From Candidatus Nitrosopumilus koreensis AR1 (GTDB lineage: Archaea; Thermoproteota; Nitrososphaeria; Nitrososphaerales; Nitrosopumilaceae): a stretch of DNA of 32,000 nucleotides. Positions 1 to 8,932 of the stretch are shown piece after piece. How positions within the stretch are numbered: the first letter of the stretch is position 1; each line of letters starts with the position of its first letter. The translations under genes were made by a program, and so were the position numbers. The stretch is taken from positions 510,001 to 542,000 of the forward strand of contig NC_018655.1 in assembly GCF_000299365.1 (NCBI RefSeq), given 5' to 3'. The notes under the pieces were generated by a model that made no database searches, was not told the origin of the DNA, and saw nothing but the letters and a program-made list of their open reading frames with translations.

Positions 1-655
1 TTTGTGTCATGCTAAGTTTTGATTTTAATGAGCCTACAACAGCACTTGCTGCTTCGATTATTCCTGCTGAACTTTTGTTATTACCTTGAATGAATTCTTT
101 TTCTTTTGGCGTAAGGATACTGGTATCTTGAAATTGATCTTTTTTATCAAGTTCTTCTTTTGCATTGTACAACCGTGAATTTGCTTCGTCTAGTTCTTTT
201 TCTGCATCGATTTGCTGTTTTCTAATTTGCAATAATGTTGATTGTTCTGTTGCAATTTTCACTTTAGTTTCTTCATATTCTTTTGTAATTTTTTCTAACT
301 CTTGTTTTATCTTTGATAGATTCTCTTGTGTTTTTCCAAACTCTTTAAATGATTTTGAATCTTTAATTTCCTCTGATTTTTTTATCTTTTCCTTAATTTC
401 TTTGTGTTCACGAATAACTATGTCTAATTCCATTTTTTTCTGATTGAGTTCTTTTTTTACTAACATCAAACTACTTACTGATGTTTCGTATTCCTCTTTG
501 ACTGATTCTACTTTTTTTTGAATATTGTCTAATTCTTCTTGTTTTGTTCTAAATTCTTTTTGTAGATTTTCTACCTCTGCCTCTAATTCTTCTTTTAGAA
601 CATACTCGTCACTGTTTTCTGATACCGTATCCTCTTTTTTACTAAAAAATTTCAT
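1..655 (-). CDS. Coiled-coil protein, first 218 codons (C-terminus lies beyond the left window edge)
   Basis: Missing from the ORF track because it has no stop inside the window. Hand translation of the reverse strand from ATG 655..653 stays open down to position 2: MKFFSKKEDTVSENSDEYVLKEELEAEVENLQKEFRTKQEELDNIQKKVESVKEEYE...SSAGIIEAASAVVGSLKSKLSMTQ. Composition is E/K/L/Q-rich and heptad-like. The + ORF 165..443 is its low-complexity antisense shadow. Confidence 0.6.
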   Translation of the reverse strand, partial: MKFFSKKEDTVSENSDEYVLKEELEAEVENLQKEFRTKQEELDNIQKKVESVKEEYETSVSSLMLVKKELNQKKMELDIVIREHKEIKEKIKKSEEIKDSKSFKEFGKTQENLSKIKQELEKITKEYEETKVKIATEQSTLLQIRKQQIDAEKELDEANSRLYNAKEELDKKDQFQDTSILTPKEKEFIQGNNKSSAGIIEAASAVVGSLKSKLSMTQ

Positions 656-694
656 TTCATATCTCCACGTTTTCTCTAAAAGATGAATCTTTCT

Positions 695-895
695 TTATTG
701 TTGTTTTGTTCTATGTCTCAAAAATTTGAGGTAAAATCCCAGTCCGCCAATTGCTAGACCTGCTATCCATGTTACTATGCTCAAACTTTTTGGAACTATT
801 GCTTCTTGTGGGCCTATAATTAACAATAATGCACCTAAAATGATCAAAGCAAATCCTCCACTGTTTTTTGATTTGTTGTGCTCAGAATGAACCAT
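695..895 (-). CDS. Small membrane protein with two predicted TM helices (66 aa)
   Basis: Two hydrophobic stretches (GGFALIILGALLLIIG and IVTWIAGLAIGGLGFYL) followed by a basic tail. The start lies 3 nt after the lysK stop and 39 nt before the coiled-coil gene, which suggests an operon. Confidence 0.45.
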   Translation of the reverse strand: MVHSEHNKSKNSGGFALIILGALLLIIGPQEAIVPKSLSIVTWIAGLAIGGLGFYLKFLRHRTKQQ

Positions 896-898
896 TTT

Positions 899-2488
899 CT
901 ATGTGTACTCTGATAGTTTCTTTGCTACTTGCTTTCTTCCTATATCTGAAATGAAAGGTCCAATTTTGGGTCCTCTGGATGTTCCTAGGATAATCTGATA
1001 CAATATTTTAAAGAAATCTTTTGGTTGGACATCATTTGCTTTTGCAATTTGATAAATTGTATTTTGAATATCTTCAGGTTCTTCATCTGCTCCAAGTGTA
1101 TCTGCTAGAATTTTTAATGCTTTTTTTGCAGTTTCATCTAAATCAATTTGAGTTTTTTCTTGCTCATCAAATTCATCTGAATAGTTTCCTGCAAGTTCAA
1201 TGAGTTTCTCGATTTCTGGTTCAGGATTTTTTATTACTCCATAATCAAGTAATTTTTTCATCACTCTTTCATTTCTGTTTTCTTTGAATATTTTTGCTAA
1301 TTCAATTAACAGTCTGTAATTTACATGTGTACTTGCTTGTTTTGGTGGATTTAGAAGATTAACATATTCGTAAAGTCCTTTTGATTTTACAAGTTTTGCT
1401 TTGTTGTCTATTTTGACTCTTCCAAAGTTTATGTCTTCTAGTTCATTGTATTCATTCATTAATGATGGTATGTCTTCTAATCCTAATTCTCGAGCTCCTG
1501 TAATTCTCTTGTAAAGTAATAACAAAATTGATTTTGGGCTTCCAAATTCTAACCATCTTTGTGCAGTCAATACGTTTCCTAATGATTTTGAAATCTTTTT
1601 TCCTCCTTTGTCTAGGAACATTTCATATTTCACGTGATGAGGATGTGGGAAATCTAAAATTTCATCAGCTACCCAATCATTTACTTTAACCGAATCCATG
1701 ATGTCTTTTCCATATGCTTCAAATCTAATATCAAATGCTGCCCATCTTGCAGCAAATTCCACTTTCCATGCTAATTTCCCAAGGTCTTTTGCAATGTCTG
1801 CTTCTCCTTCGTGGCCACAGCCTTTGATCATTTTTGAGCCTATTTCTGCGTCATGACATCTGTACTTGACTTTTTTTTCATCTATGATGTATTCTGTTGC
1901 TTCTGCAGTATAGAGGCGATTACAGTTTGCACATACTGGAAAATATGGCAAGTATTTTTGATATTTTTCTTGTCCTACTAGTTCTGAAATTTTTTCACCA
2001 ATTTTTGTGCTGTTTTGTAAAATGGTGTGGATGTTGTCTTTTAGTACTCCTTGTTTGTATGTGTCAATTGCTCTTCTAAATTCATATTTTATCCCGACTT
2101 TCTCTAGTCCGTCTAAAAGGATACTGCTCATATGCATGCCGTACGAATCATGACATCCGTATGGATCTGGAATAAGTGATACTGGTTTTGCTAAATGTTC
2201 TTCTAAACCGAATTCCTGCATTCCTTCTGGAATTTTTCGTAACCCGTCAAGATCATCTGAATAAGCAATCAACTCTGATTTATAACCTAAATTCTCTAAT
2301 GCTAATTTGACTCCATATGCTCTAACTGCATCTCCTAAACTTCCAATGTGTGGAATTCCTGATGCCCCTAATCCACTTTCTACTTTGAGAAGATCCAAAT
2401 TCCTTCCAAGTGATTTTTCACGTTCAAGTAATTCTGAAGCTAGTTTGTCAATCCAAGTTCCCTTTCCAATAATTTCTTGCTCTGACAT
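899..2488 (-). CDS. lysK: Lysyl-tRNA synthetase, class I (archaeal type)
   Basis: 529 aa. N-terminal HIGH-type motif region SGIPHIGSLGDAVRAY and KMSKS-type motif KISKSLGN. Length and layout are typical of class I LysRS. Confidence 0.93.
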   Translation of the reverse strand: MSEQEIIGKGTWIDKLASELLEREKSLGRNLDLLKVESGLGASGIPHIGSLGDAVRAYGVKLALENLGYKSELIAYSDDLDGLRKIPEGMQEFGLEEHLAKPVSLIPDPYGCHDSYGMHMSSILLDGLEKVGIKYEFRRAIDTYKQGVLKDNIHTILQNSTKIGEKISELVGQEKYQKYLPYFPVCANCNRLYTAEATEYIIDEKKVKYRCHDAEIGSKMIKGCGHEGEADIAKDLGKLAWKVEFAARWAAFDIRFEAYGKDIMDSVKVNDWVADEILDFPHPHHVKYEMFLDKGGKKISKSLGNVLTAQRWLEFGSPKSILLLLYKRITGARELGLEDIPSLMNEYNELEDINFGRVKIDNKAKLVKSKGLYEYVNLLNPPKQASTHVNYRLLIELAKIFKENRNERVMKKLLDYGVIKNPEPEIEKLIELAGNYSDEFDEQEKTQIDLDETAKKALKILADTLGADEEPEDIQNTIYQIAKANDVQPKDFFKILYQIILGTSRGPKIGPFISDIGRKQVAKKLSEYT

Positions 2489-2497
2489 ATCTTCTCA

Positions 2498-4081
2498 CTA
2501 GTTCAATGTTTTGGACATGTATGGCCCATATAACGAATACCCTAATTTTTGATAATACTCTCTTGTGCCAACTGCGCTAATTACAAGTAATTTCTTTACA
2601 TCAAATTCTTCTTTTGAAATTTTTTCTGCTTCTTTCATTAGGTTTTTTCCTAGACCTGAGTGCTGTATCTCACTTTTTTCTTTTTCACCAATCTTTAGTG
2701 ATTTGCCATATACATGAAGTTCTCTGACAATACAAGAGTCTGTCCCAACTTCGTCTCTGTGTGCTTCTTTACTTGGTTTTCTTAATCTCAAAAATCCATA
2801 AATTGATTCATTTTTGTCTTCATAAGATAAGAATACTTCTTTGCCACCTGAAGAGTCATAATCAATTCTGTTTAATTTGATGTCTTTTGGTTCTGATTTT
2901 TTGTTTAATCCTGCCTCTCTACACCTGATACATTTGCATTTTATTCCCTGTTTTGCTAAATTTTGATGTACAATCTGTCTTAGATTACCTGATTTTGGTC
3001 CTGCAATAATCTCATTGGGAGAAATTTCTCTTTGAACCCTCATGATTCTGATCCATTTTGGAACATTTTTCTTAACTTCTGTTAGAACGTTGATCATATC
3101 TTCGTCTGAATATGGCACATATTTTCCATCTTTGTATTCTTTGTACATCGGAGTGTTTTCAATGACTAGTGATGGGTAAATTTTTAGCATGTCTGGACGT
3201 AACTGCGGGTCTGAAAACAATTTCTTAAAATCTTCAATATCTTCTTTTGGGGTAACTGTTGGTAATCCTGGCATCATATGTGCAACAATTTTGTACCCTG
3301 CATCTTTTGAAATTTGAAATGATTCTGTTACGTCGTTATAATTATGTCCTCTGTTAACTATGTCGTAAACTCTTTCTTGTAGGGATTGAACTCCGATCTC
3401 TATTCTTGTTATCCCATAATTTAACATCCAGTCAACATGTTCTTTCTTACAAAAATCTGGTTTTGTTTCAATTGTAAATCCCACATTTCTTATTGATGCG
3501 TGTTCGTTGTTTGATTTTGCTTCTTGCAAATTTTTTGAATCTATTCCATTTAATGCATCATAACATGATTTGATAAAATTTTCTTGATAGTCTTTTGGCA
3601 TGAAAAGAAATGTTCCTCCAACAATTACGATTTCCATTTTTGATGGGTCATGACCAAACGCAATTAATTTATCAATTTTTGTTGTGATTTGTAATTTCGG
3701 GTCATATTCGTTTTCTATTGCGTTTAGTGTAGATGGTTCATTTCCTGTATAGCTGTTTGGAGAATTAAATTCCATTCCTCCAGGACAATATGTGCATCTT
3801 CCATGTGGACATGCATATGGTTTTGGCATTAATGCTACTACTGCAACACCCGATGCAGTTTTTGCAGGTTTTTTAAGTAAAATTTTTCTGAGTTTGTTAA
3901 ATTCTGATTCTTTTGCCATTGAAAGTATCTCGTGATTTCGTGGGATTCTTTCTAGTGAATATTTGGCACATATTTTCTTGATTTCTTCTTTGACTTGTTT
4001 TTTATTGGGATCGTCAATTATTAGCAAATTTTGAGTGATTTCGCTGCATGCCTTAGAAAATATTGAATCTAACTTACTCAT
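2498..4081 (-). CDS. elp3: Elp3-type tRNA uridine(34) modification enzyme (radical SAM plus GNAT acetyltransferase)
   Basis: 527 aa. Radical-SAM cluster region CPHGRCTYCPGG. C-terminal GNAT motif QHSGLGKNLMKEAEKIS. Confidence 0.9.
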   Translation of the reverse strand: MSKLDSIFSKACSEITQNLLIIDDPNKKQVKEEIKKICAKYSLERIPRNHEILSMAKESEFNKLRKILLKKPAKTASGVAVVALMPKPYACPHGRCTYCPGGMEFNSPNSYTGNEPSTLNAIENEYDPKLQITTKIDKLIAFGHDPSKMEIVIVGGTFLFMPKDYQENFIKSCYDALNGIDSKNLQEAKSNNEHASIRNVGFTIETKPDFCKKEHVDWMLNYGITRIEIGVQSLQERVYDIVNRGHNYNDVTESFQISKDAGYKIVAHMMPGLPTVTPKEDIEDFKKLFSDPQLRPDMLKIYPSLVIENTPMYKEYKDGKYVPYSDEDMINVLTEVKKNVPKWIRIMRVQREISPNEIIAGPKSGNLRQIVHQNLAKQGIKCKCIRCREAGLNKKSEPKDIKLNRIDYDSSGGKEVFLSYEDKNESIYGFLRLRKPSKEAHRDEVGTDSCIVRELHVYGKSLKIGEKEKSEIQHSGLGKNLMKEAEKISKEEFDVKKLLVISAVGTREYYQKLGYSLYGPYMSKTLN

Positions 4082-4112
4082 GGATACTCACATTAAATTG
4101 GACATAAATTCG

Positions 4113-4301
4113 TTAAATAATTTGGCAAATTTTGAGGCTATCGTCGTCTAGTGTTTCTTTTTGTTTTTGATATTTTCTCTTCATGGATTTTTTTGTGATT
4201 CTTTTTTTGATGTTTTTTAATTCATTTAGTTCTTCTTGAATTCTTTTGATCTCTGCAATCATATCTTCTTTGAATGATTGACTGTTTGCATCTACTGACA
4301 T
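4113..4301 (-). CDS. Small basic coiled-coil protein (62 aa), hypothetical
   Basis: ORF only. K/E-rich helix IAEIKRIQEELNELKNIKKRITKK. No recognisable family. Confidence 0.3.
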   Translation of the reverse strand: MSVDANSQSFKEDMIAEIKRIQEELNELKNIKKRITKKSMKRKYQKQKETLDDDSLKICQII

Positions 4302-4346
4302 GTGTTGACTACCAAAAATTTTTGTAGGATTTAAGACTTGCTAGAA

Positions 4347-5597
4347 TTATTCAGGTTTTTGTTCTATTCCTTGTTCTGATTCACTGTTTCCACTTTTTTG
4401 CTCTTTCCTGTATTCCATCTTCAACCATATTGGTGTAATTATTGTAGTTACTGCAACCATAATTACAATTGTAGAGTATACCTCTGATGTCAAAACTCCT
4501 GCAGTTACCCCTACTCCTGCAACAATCAATCCTACCTCTCCTCTTGAAATCATTCCAATTCCTACTCGCATTCCTTGAGCTTTACTTTTCAAGAATAACA
4601 TTGCTGGTAATCCACATCCGAACAACTTTGTTACTATTGCAACTGCTATGATCACACCACTCAACATCAAAATATTCAAATCCACTGCACGAAGATCTAC
4701 TTGGGCTCCTATTATTGCAAAGAATAATGGTGCAAAAATCAATCCTATCTTTCCAATATAATTTTCTACTTTTTCAAACACCTTTGTTGTAGATAATGCC
4801 ATGCCTACTGCAAATGCTCCTACAATTGGTGATAACCCAATAGAGCCTGCAAGTGCTGCTGCTCCAAAGAATGATGCTGTTGCAATTCCTTCCACACTTC
4901 CCTTCGCTTTCCATAATCTTGGGGTGATGATTTTTGGTATTATAACAACTGCTACTATGAGCATAATTGCAAAGAACCCTAACACTTGCAAAATTGTTAT
5001 TGTTACTTCTGTAATGTCTATGCTCTCAATTCCAGCATCTGAGCCTGTAATTGATATTACAACTGATAATACTGCAATTGCTAAAATATCATCTACTACT
5101 GCCGCTCCGATGATCAACCTAGCTTCTGGAGCTTTTAGTTTTCCGAATTCACTAAGCACTTGAATGGAAATTGCAATACTTGTAGCTGTAAGTGCCGTCG
5201 CAATTAACATTGATTCTAATGCCTCAAACCCAAACATTTGAAAAATTACAAGTCCTGCAAAAAATGGAACTACCACACCTAACGTTCCTACTGTAAATGA
5301 TGCTTTACCTCCTTTGAGAAACTCTTTAGGTGTCATTTCCAATCCTGCCATAAATAAAATTACAATTGCTCCCATTTCGCCTAGAATTTTTATCTCATCG
5401 TTGATGTGTAACAATTGTCTTCCGTCTAGGATAAAAAATTGGCCTAAAGCAAATGGGCCTACGATCATACCTGCTAATAATTCGCCTAACACAATTGGAA
5501 GTTTTAGTCTCAAAAAAAGTTCTGCCATTAATTTGGCTGCAAAAAGCAGTATTCCAACTCCTATGATTGTTTCAATAAAATGTGCTTCAGCTGCCAT
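4347..5597 (-). CDS. Cation:proton antiporter, CPA2 / Kef-type Na+(K+)/H+ exchanger family
   Basis: 416 aa with about 11-12 hydrophobic segments. The N-terminal region LGELLAGMIVGPFALG is typical of the Na_H_exchanger fold. Confidence 0.85.
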   Translation of the reverse strand: MAAEAHFIETIIGVGILLFAAKLMAELFLRLKLPIVLGELLAGMIVGPFALGQFFILDGRQLLHINDEIKILGEMGAIVILFMAGLEMTPKEFLKGGKASFTVGTLGVVVPFFAGLVIFQMFGFEALESMLIATALTATSIAISIQVLSEFGKLKAPEARLIIGAAVVDDILAIAVLSVVISITGSDAGIESIDITEVTITILQVLGFFAIMLIVAVVIIPKIITPRLWKAKGSVEGIATASFFGAAALAGSIGLSPIVGAFAVGMALSTTKVFEKVENYIGKIGLIFAPLFFAIIGAQVDLRAVDLNILMLSGVIIAVAIVTKLFGCGLPAMLFLKSKAQGMRVGIGMISRGEVGLIVAGVGVTAGVLTSEVYSTIVIMVAVTTIITPIWLKMEYRKEQKSGNSESEQGIEQKPE

Positions 5598-5699
5598 CTT
5601 CCCTAATATTTCTGAAGAAATGTGTAATATAAGGCGATACCGGGTCGAAAATTATTTTGCTATTGTAAAATTAAGCAATTTCAAAAAACATCATAATTT

Positions 5700-6056
5700 C
5701 TATATGTTTTTCAGTCTGTCTAATAAAATATCAAAATTAATTGGTTTTCTCATCCATGCTTTTACTCCGCGTTGCATTAAATTAGTTAATTTTGTACTTG
5801 ACATTTCAGATGCTGTTATGATCAAAACCTTTGTCGTGTTGATCAGACCTTCTTTTTCCAAAGCATCTATTACGTTTAATCCACTAAATTCTGGCATTGC
5901 AATATCTAAAAGCACTACATCAAATGTGCCTGTCTTTATCATTTCTATCCCTTTATGGCCATTATTTGCTGTGATGACTTCATGACCTGCAGCTGTTAGA
6001 TGTACTGAGATCAAATCCAATATGTCTTCAGTGTCGTCAATTACTAGAATTTTCAA
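5700..6056 (-). CDS. Single-domain response regulator (CheY-like receiver)
   Basis: 118 aa. KILVIDDTEDILD acidic pocket, phospho-acceptor context VVLLDIAMPEFSG, and conserved K in RKPINF. TTG start overlaps the kinase TGA stop (TTGA). Confidence 0.85.
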   Translation of the reverse strand: MKILVIDDTEDILDLISVHLTAAGHEVITANNGHKGIEMIKTGTFDVVLLDIAMPEFSGLNVIDALEKEGLINTTKVLIITASEMSSTKLTNLMQRGVKAWMRKPINFDILLDRLKNI

Positions 6057-6958
6057 GATGTCTTATCTCCTGCATCTTTTGGAACTGTGAAGTAAAAAAT
6101 TGTTCCTTTTCCTAGTTCGCTTTCACACCAAATTTGACCGCCCATCTTTTTTATTATTCCTTCACAAATGGATAATCCTAATCCTGTACCTCCATGTTTT
6201 CTAATGTTTGAGGAATCTATTTGATAGAATTTCTTGAATAGGTTTTTTTGGTTTTCTTTTGATATTCCCACTCCGTTATCTTTTACTGAAAACATAACAA
6301 ATTCTCCTGTTTGCTCTGCATCTAGTTCTACAATGCCTGTATCATTTGGAATAAAGTCTAATGCATTGTTGATCATATTGTTGAACACTTGTTCTAATCT
6401 GTGTGCATCCCCATTAATCACAATACGTTGATTACAATTGTTTTGTAATTTCACATTTTTTTTATTAAATTCGTGTTCAAAATTTTGACATATTGTTTCA
6501 ATTAATTCTTTAACATCAAATGGAGTGTTGTTCATTTCCATTCTGTCTATCTCTAATTTTTGAACATCTAACAAGTCTCCAATCAATTTGTTTAATTTTA
6601 CTGCATTTGAATAAATCGCATTTACTGCTTTTTTCTGTTTTTCTGTAATTTCTCCTACAATCTTTGGATTTGTCAATGCTTCAGCCCATCCTGTAATTGG
6701 TGTTAATGGGGTCTTGAGTTCGTGAGCTATTGTGGATAAAAATTCTGTTTTCTGTTTTTCTATTTCTTTTAGTTTGTCAATCTGCTCTTGTTTTGCTGTG
6801 AAATTTGCAAATAATCTGATTACATAAAACAACAGAAAACTCATAGCGACTCCTATGATGGGTATGAGAAATAACGCCAATTGTTCTATTCCTTCATGTG
6901 GAGGCTGCATGCCTTCATATACAAAAATCCAATCTCTGTTGTTTTCTGCAAGTGTCAC
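6053..6958 (-). CDS. Histidine kinase core (TM helix, HisKA, HATPase_c); probably the C-terminal part of a CHASE sensor kinase
   Basis: H-box STIAHELKTPLTPI, N-box NNMINNALDF, G-boxes DNGVGI and GGTGLGLSI. It begins at a GTG only 5 codons after an in-frame stop and directly abuts the CHASE ORF. Confidence 0.85.
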   Translation of the reverse strand: MTLAENNRDWIFVYEGMQPPHEGIEQLALFLIPIIGVAMSFLLFYVIRLFANFTAKQEQIDKLKEIEKQKTEFLSTIAHELKTPLTPITGWAEALTNPKIVGEITEKQKKAVNAIYSNAVKLNKLIGDLLDVQKLEIDRMEMNNTPFDVKELIETICQNFEHEFNKKNVKLQNNCNQRIVINGDAHRLEQVFNNMINNALDFIPNDTGIVELDAEQTGEFVMFSVKDNGVGISKENQKNLFKKFYQIDSSNIRKHGGTGLGLSICEGIIKKMGGQIWCESELGKGTIFYFTVPKDAGDKTS

Positions 6959-7773
6959 TTTTTTAAAAAAACATCATCATGTACATCATGTGGGACCACA
7001 TCATAGGAATCAAAAAACAAACTATCTTCTGATATTATATTGTCATAAATTTCCATGTGTATGTATTCAAATGATTCTAAACCAAAAATACCTTCAACAA
7101 AATCATTCATTCTAAATACTGCATATACCATCCCTTCCAAATTATCTGATGTTTGTGGTTGACCATTAGTATAAACTGGAACTAACATTAAAAATCCATT
7201 TTGAATATCGTCATCGATTTCTTGTACTAGAATAATTTTTCCAGTTACTGTTGTCTCTCCTGTTTCCTTGACTGTATTTACTGCCTCTGCTCTTGTTTCT
7301 TGAAAATAGATATCATATCCCATTGCTTCTTTGTTTCTGATGTCTTGTGGTTCTAGGAATATTATGGGATAATATTCGTCTCTGATTCCGTCAGGATGTA
7401 CTGTAAAATCTGTTACTCCATAATTCTTCATTTCATTAATCAATTCATCACGTTCATCATTAGTGATGTGGTGTATGTATCCGATACCCTGAATTCCTGG
7501 ATATCTTTCATTGATATTTTGTATTTGGACATAATCTGACCATTCGTCATATTCAACTTTTTCTGATGCAGCAAAAAGTCCTTTGGCACCAACCAATACT
7601 TGCTCATATTGTGATAATCTGTCTGAAACAGAATCTGTCATAAATTGAACCTCTGAATCAAATTTTATGTTCTGTATGTTTGATTCTGAATACAAAAATC
7701 CTATCCATATGATTCCTGTCAAAACTAGAGATGTGCCAAGTATTGCCCATGGCAATTTATTCAAATGTTGCAT
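6955..7773 (-). CDS. CHASE extracellular sensor domain with N-terminal TM helix; probably the N-terminal part of the same kinase
   Basis: TM segment LPWAILGTSLVLTGIIWIGFLY. CHASE-like signature ERYPGIQGIGYIHHI...YYPIIFLEPQDIRNKEAMGYDIY...GFLMLVPVY. The ORF stops at TGA 6957..6955, before the second TM helix that CHASE sensors normally have. Confidence 0.75.
   Translation of the reverse strand: MQHLNKLPWAILGTSLVLTGIIWIGFLYSESNIQNIKFDSEVQFMTDSVSDRLSQYEQVLVGAKGLFAASEKVEYDEWSDYVQIQNINERYPGIQGIGYIHHITNDERDELINEMKNYGVTDFTVHPDGIRDEYYPIIFLEPQDIRNKEAMGYDIYFQETRAEAVNTVKETGETTVTGKIILVQEIDDDIQNGFLMLVPVYTNGQPQTSDNLEGMVYAVFRMNDFVEGIFGLESFEYIHMEIYDNIISEDSLFFDSYDVVPHDVHDDVFLKK
6958..6970 (-). other. Tandem in-phase -1 slippery heptamers T_TTT_TTA and A_AAA_AAG, immediately followed by the 0-frame TGA
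   Basis: Reverse strand reads GAT GAT GTT TTT TTA AAA AAG TGA in the CHASE frame. The kinase frame (GTG ACA CTT...) is exactly -1 relative to it. Functional recoding is unproven; a homopolymer miscall is an equal or better explanation. Confidence 0.35.
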
Positions 7774-7861
7774 TGTGTTGAGATTTTTTTTGTAGTATTT
7801 GTGTTTATTATATGAAAATCACTTTTGTATCTAGGTGTGCTGTTTTAGAATTAATTTGTGC

Positions 7862-8884
7862 TCATGCAATTTTTGTAGAGTTTACAAACACACCTTTTTT
7901 AGAAATTATTCTTCCAATCTCTTGGCTTGTTATCTTGTATTTTTTGAATATTGATTTGATTCTTGTGGCTTGCTCTTTTGGTGCGATTACACAAAATCCT
8001 ACTCCCATGTTAAACGTCTTGTACATCTCTTCTGATTTTACCCCTTGTTCTTCTATGAGTCTCATGATTGGTGGGATTTTTGGTAAACTGTCTATTTCAT
8101 AGCCTATTTTTTTAAGGCGTAATAATTTGGTAAATGAACCCCCTGTGATGTGTGCCAAACCATTGATTTTACATTTTTGTACCATTTCTAAAACTGGTTT
8201 TGTATAGATCTCTGTTGGTTTTAGCAATACATCTCCTATGGTTCCAACTCCTTTTATTTTATCTTTGACTGAATATTTTTTTAACAATGCTTTTCTTGCA
8301 AGTGAATATCCGTTTGAATGAATCCCTGTACTGTTTGCACCAATTATAACGTCTCCTGATTTTATTTTGTTTCCAAGAACCATCTCTTTTTTCTCTACTA
8401 ATCCCACGACCATTCCAGCCAAATCAAATGCAAATCCTTTCCCTTCAATAACATCTGGCATAATTGCTGTCTCTCCTCCTACAATTGGCATTGCAGATTT
8501 CTTTGCACCTTTCACTAATCCCTCTACAATTTTTTTGAAAATCATTACATCATTTTTGTTTGCAGCAATATAATCCACAAATGATATTGGTGTTGCACCG
8601 ATACATATTATGTCATTCACATTCATCGCAATACAATCAATTCCTATTGTGTTGTATTTTTTCATCATGTTTGCAATTACCACTTTGGTTCCGACACCGT
8701 CTGTGTGTGTGGCTAAAAGTTTTCCACCTGGGATTTCCACAATTCCCGCATAATGCCCAAAACCATGTGCTATCTTTGCTTTTTTCTGCAGCTTGTGAGT
8801 AGATGAAATTAGTTTTCCAATTGCCAATTGACTTTGTTTAATTTTAGAAATGTCTACACCTGCTTTTTTATAGGTTAGAACCAT
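7862..8884 (-). CDS. purM: Phosphoribosylformylglycinamidine cyclo-ligase (AIR synthetase)
   Basis: 340 aa. N-terminus TYKKAGVDI, then GGFGHYAG-like HGFGHYAG, HTDGVGTKV and GGETA motifs typical of PurM. Confidence 0.92.
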   Translation of the reverse strand: MVLTYKKAGVDISKIKQSQLAIGKLISSTHKLQKKAKIAHGFGHYAGIVEIPGGKLLATHTDGVGTKVVIANMMKKYNTIGIDCIAMNVNDIICIGATPISFVDYIAANKNDVMIFKKIVEGLVKGAKKSAMPIVGGETAIMPDVIEGKGFAFDLAGMVVGLVEKKEMVLGNKIKSGDVIIGANSTGIHSNGYSLARKALLKKYSVKDKIKGVGTIGDVLLKPTEIYTKPVLEMVQKCKINGLAHITGGSFTKLLRLKKIGYEIDSLPKIPPIMRLIEEQGVKSEEMYKTFNMGVGFCVIAPKEQATRIKSIFKKYKITSQEIGRIISKKGVFVNSTKIA

Positions 8885-8932
8885 GATTTGTTGCCCTTTG
8901 GATATGAATAAAAGAATTTGCCTATCATTCGA

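Noticed and set aside
165-443. 92-aa + strand ORF rich in S, F, C and I
   Set aside because: It is the antisense shadow of the open minus-strand coiled-coil frame (655..2). The composition is low-complexity and has no protein-like pattern.
4801-5985. Long + strand ORFs (4801..5163 and 5314..5985) opposite the antiporter and response regulator
   Set aside because: Their composition (P/S/I/N-rich) is the mirror of hydrophobic membrane codons. The minus-strand genes have clear family signatures.
6900-6916. Hairpin GAAGGC-ATGCA-GCCTCC (minus strand) as a possible stimulator of frameshifting at the kinase junction
   Set aside because: It has only 6 bp with one mismatch and lies about 41 nt downstream of the slippery site. 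Known stimulators sit about 5-9 nt downstream. It is not counted as support. No better structure was seen near either slippery site.
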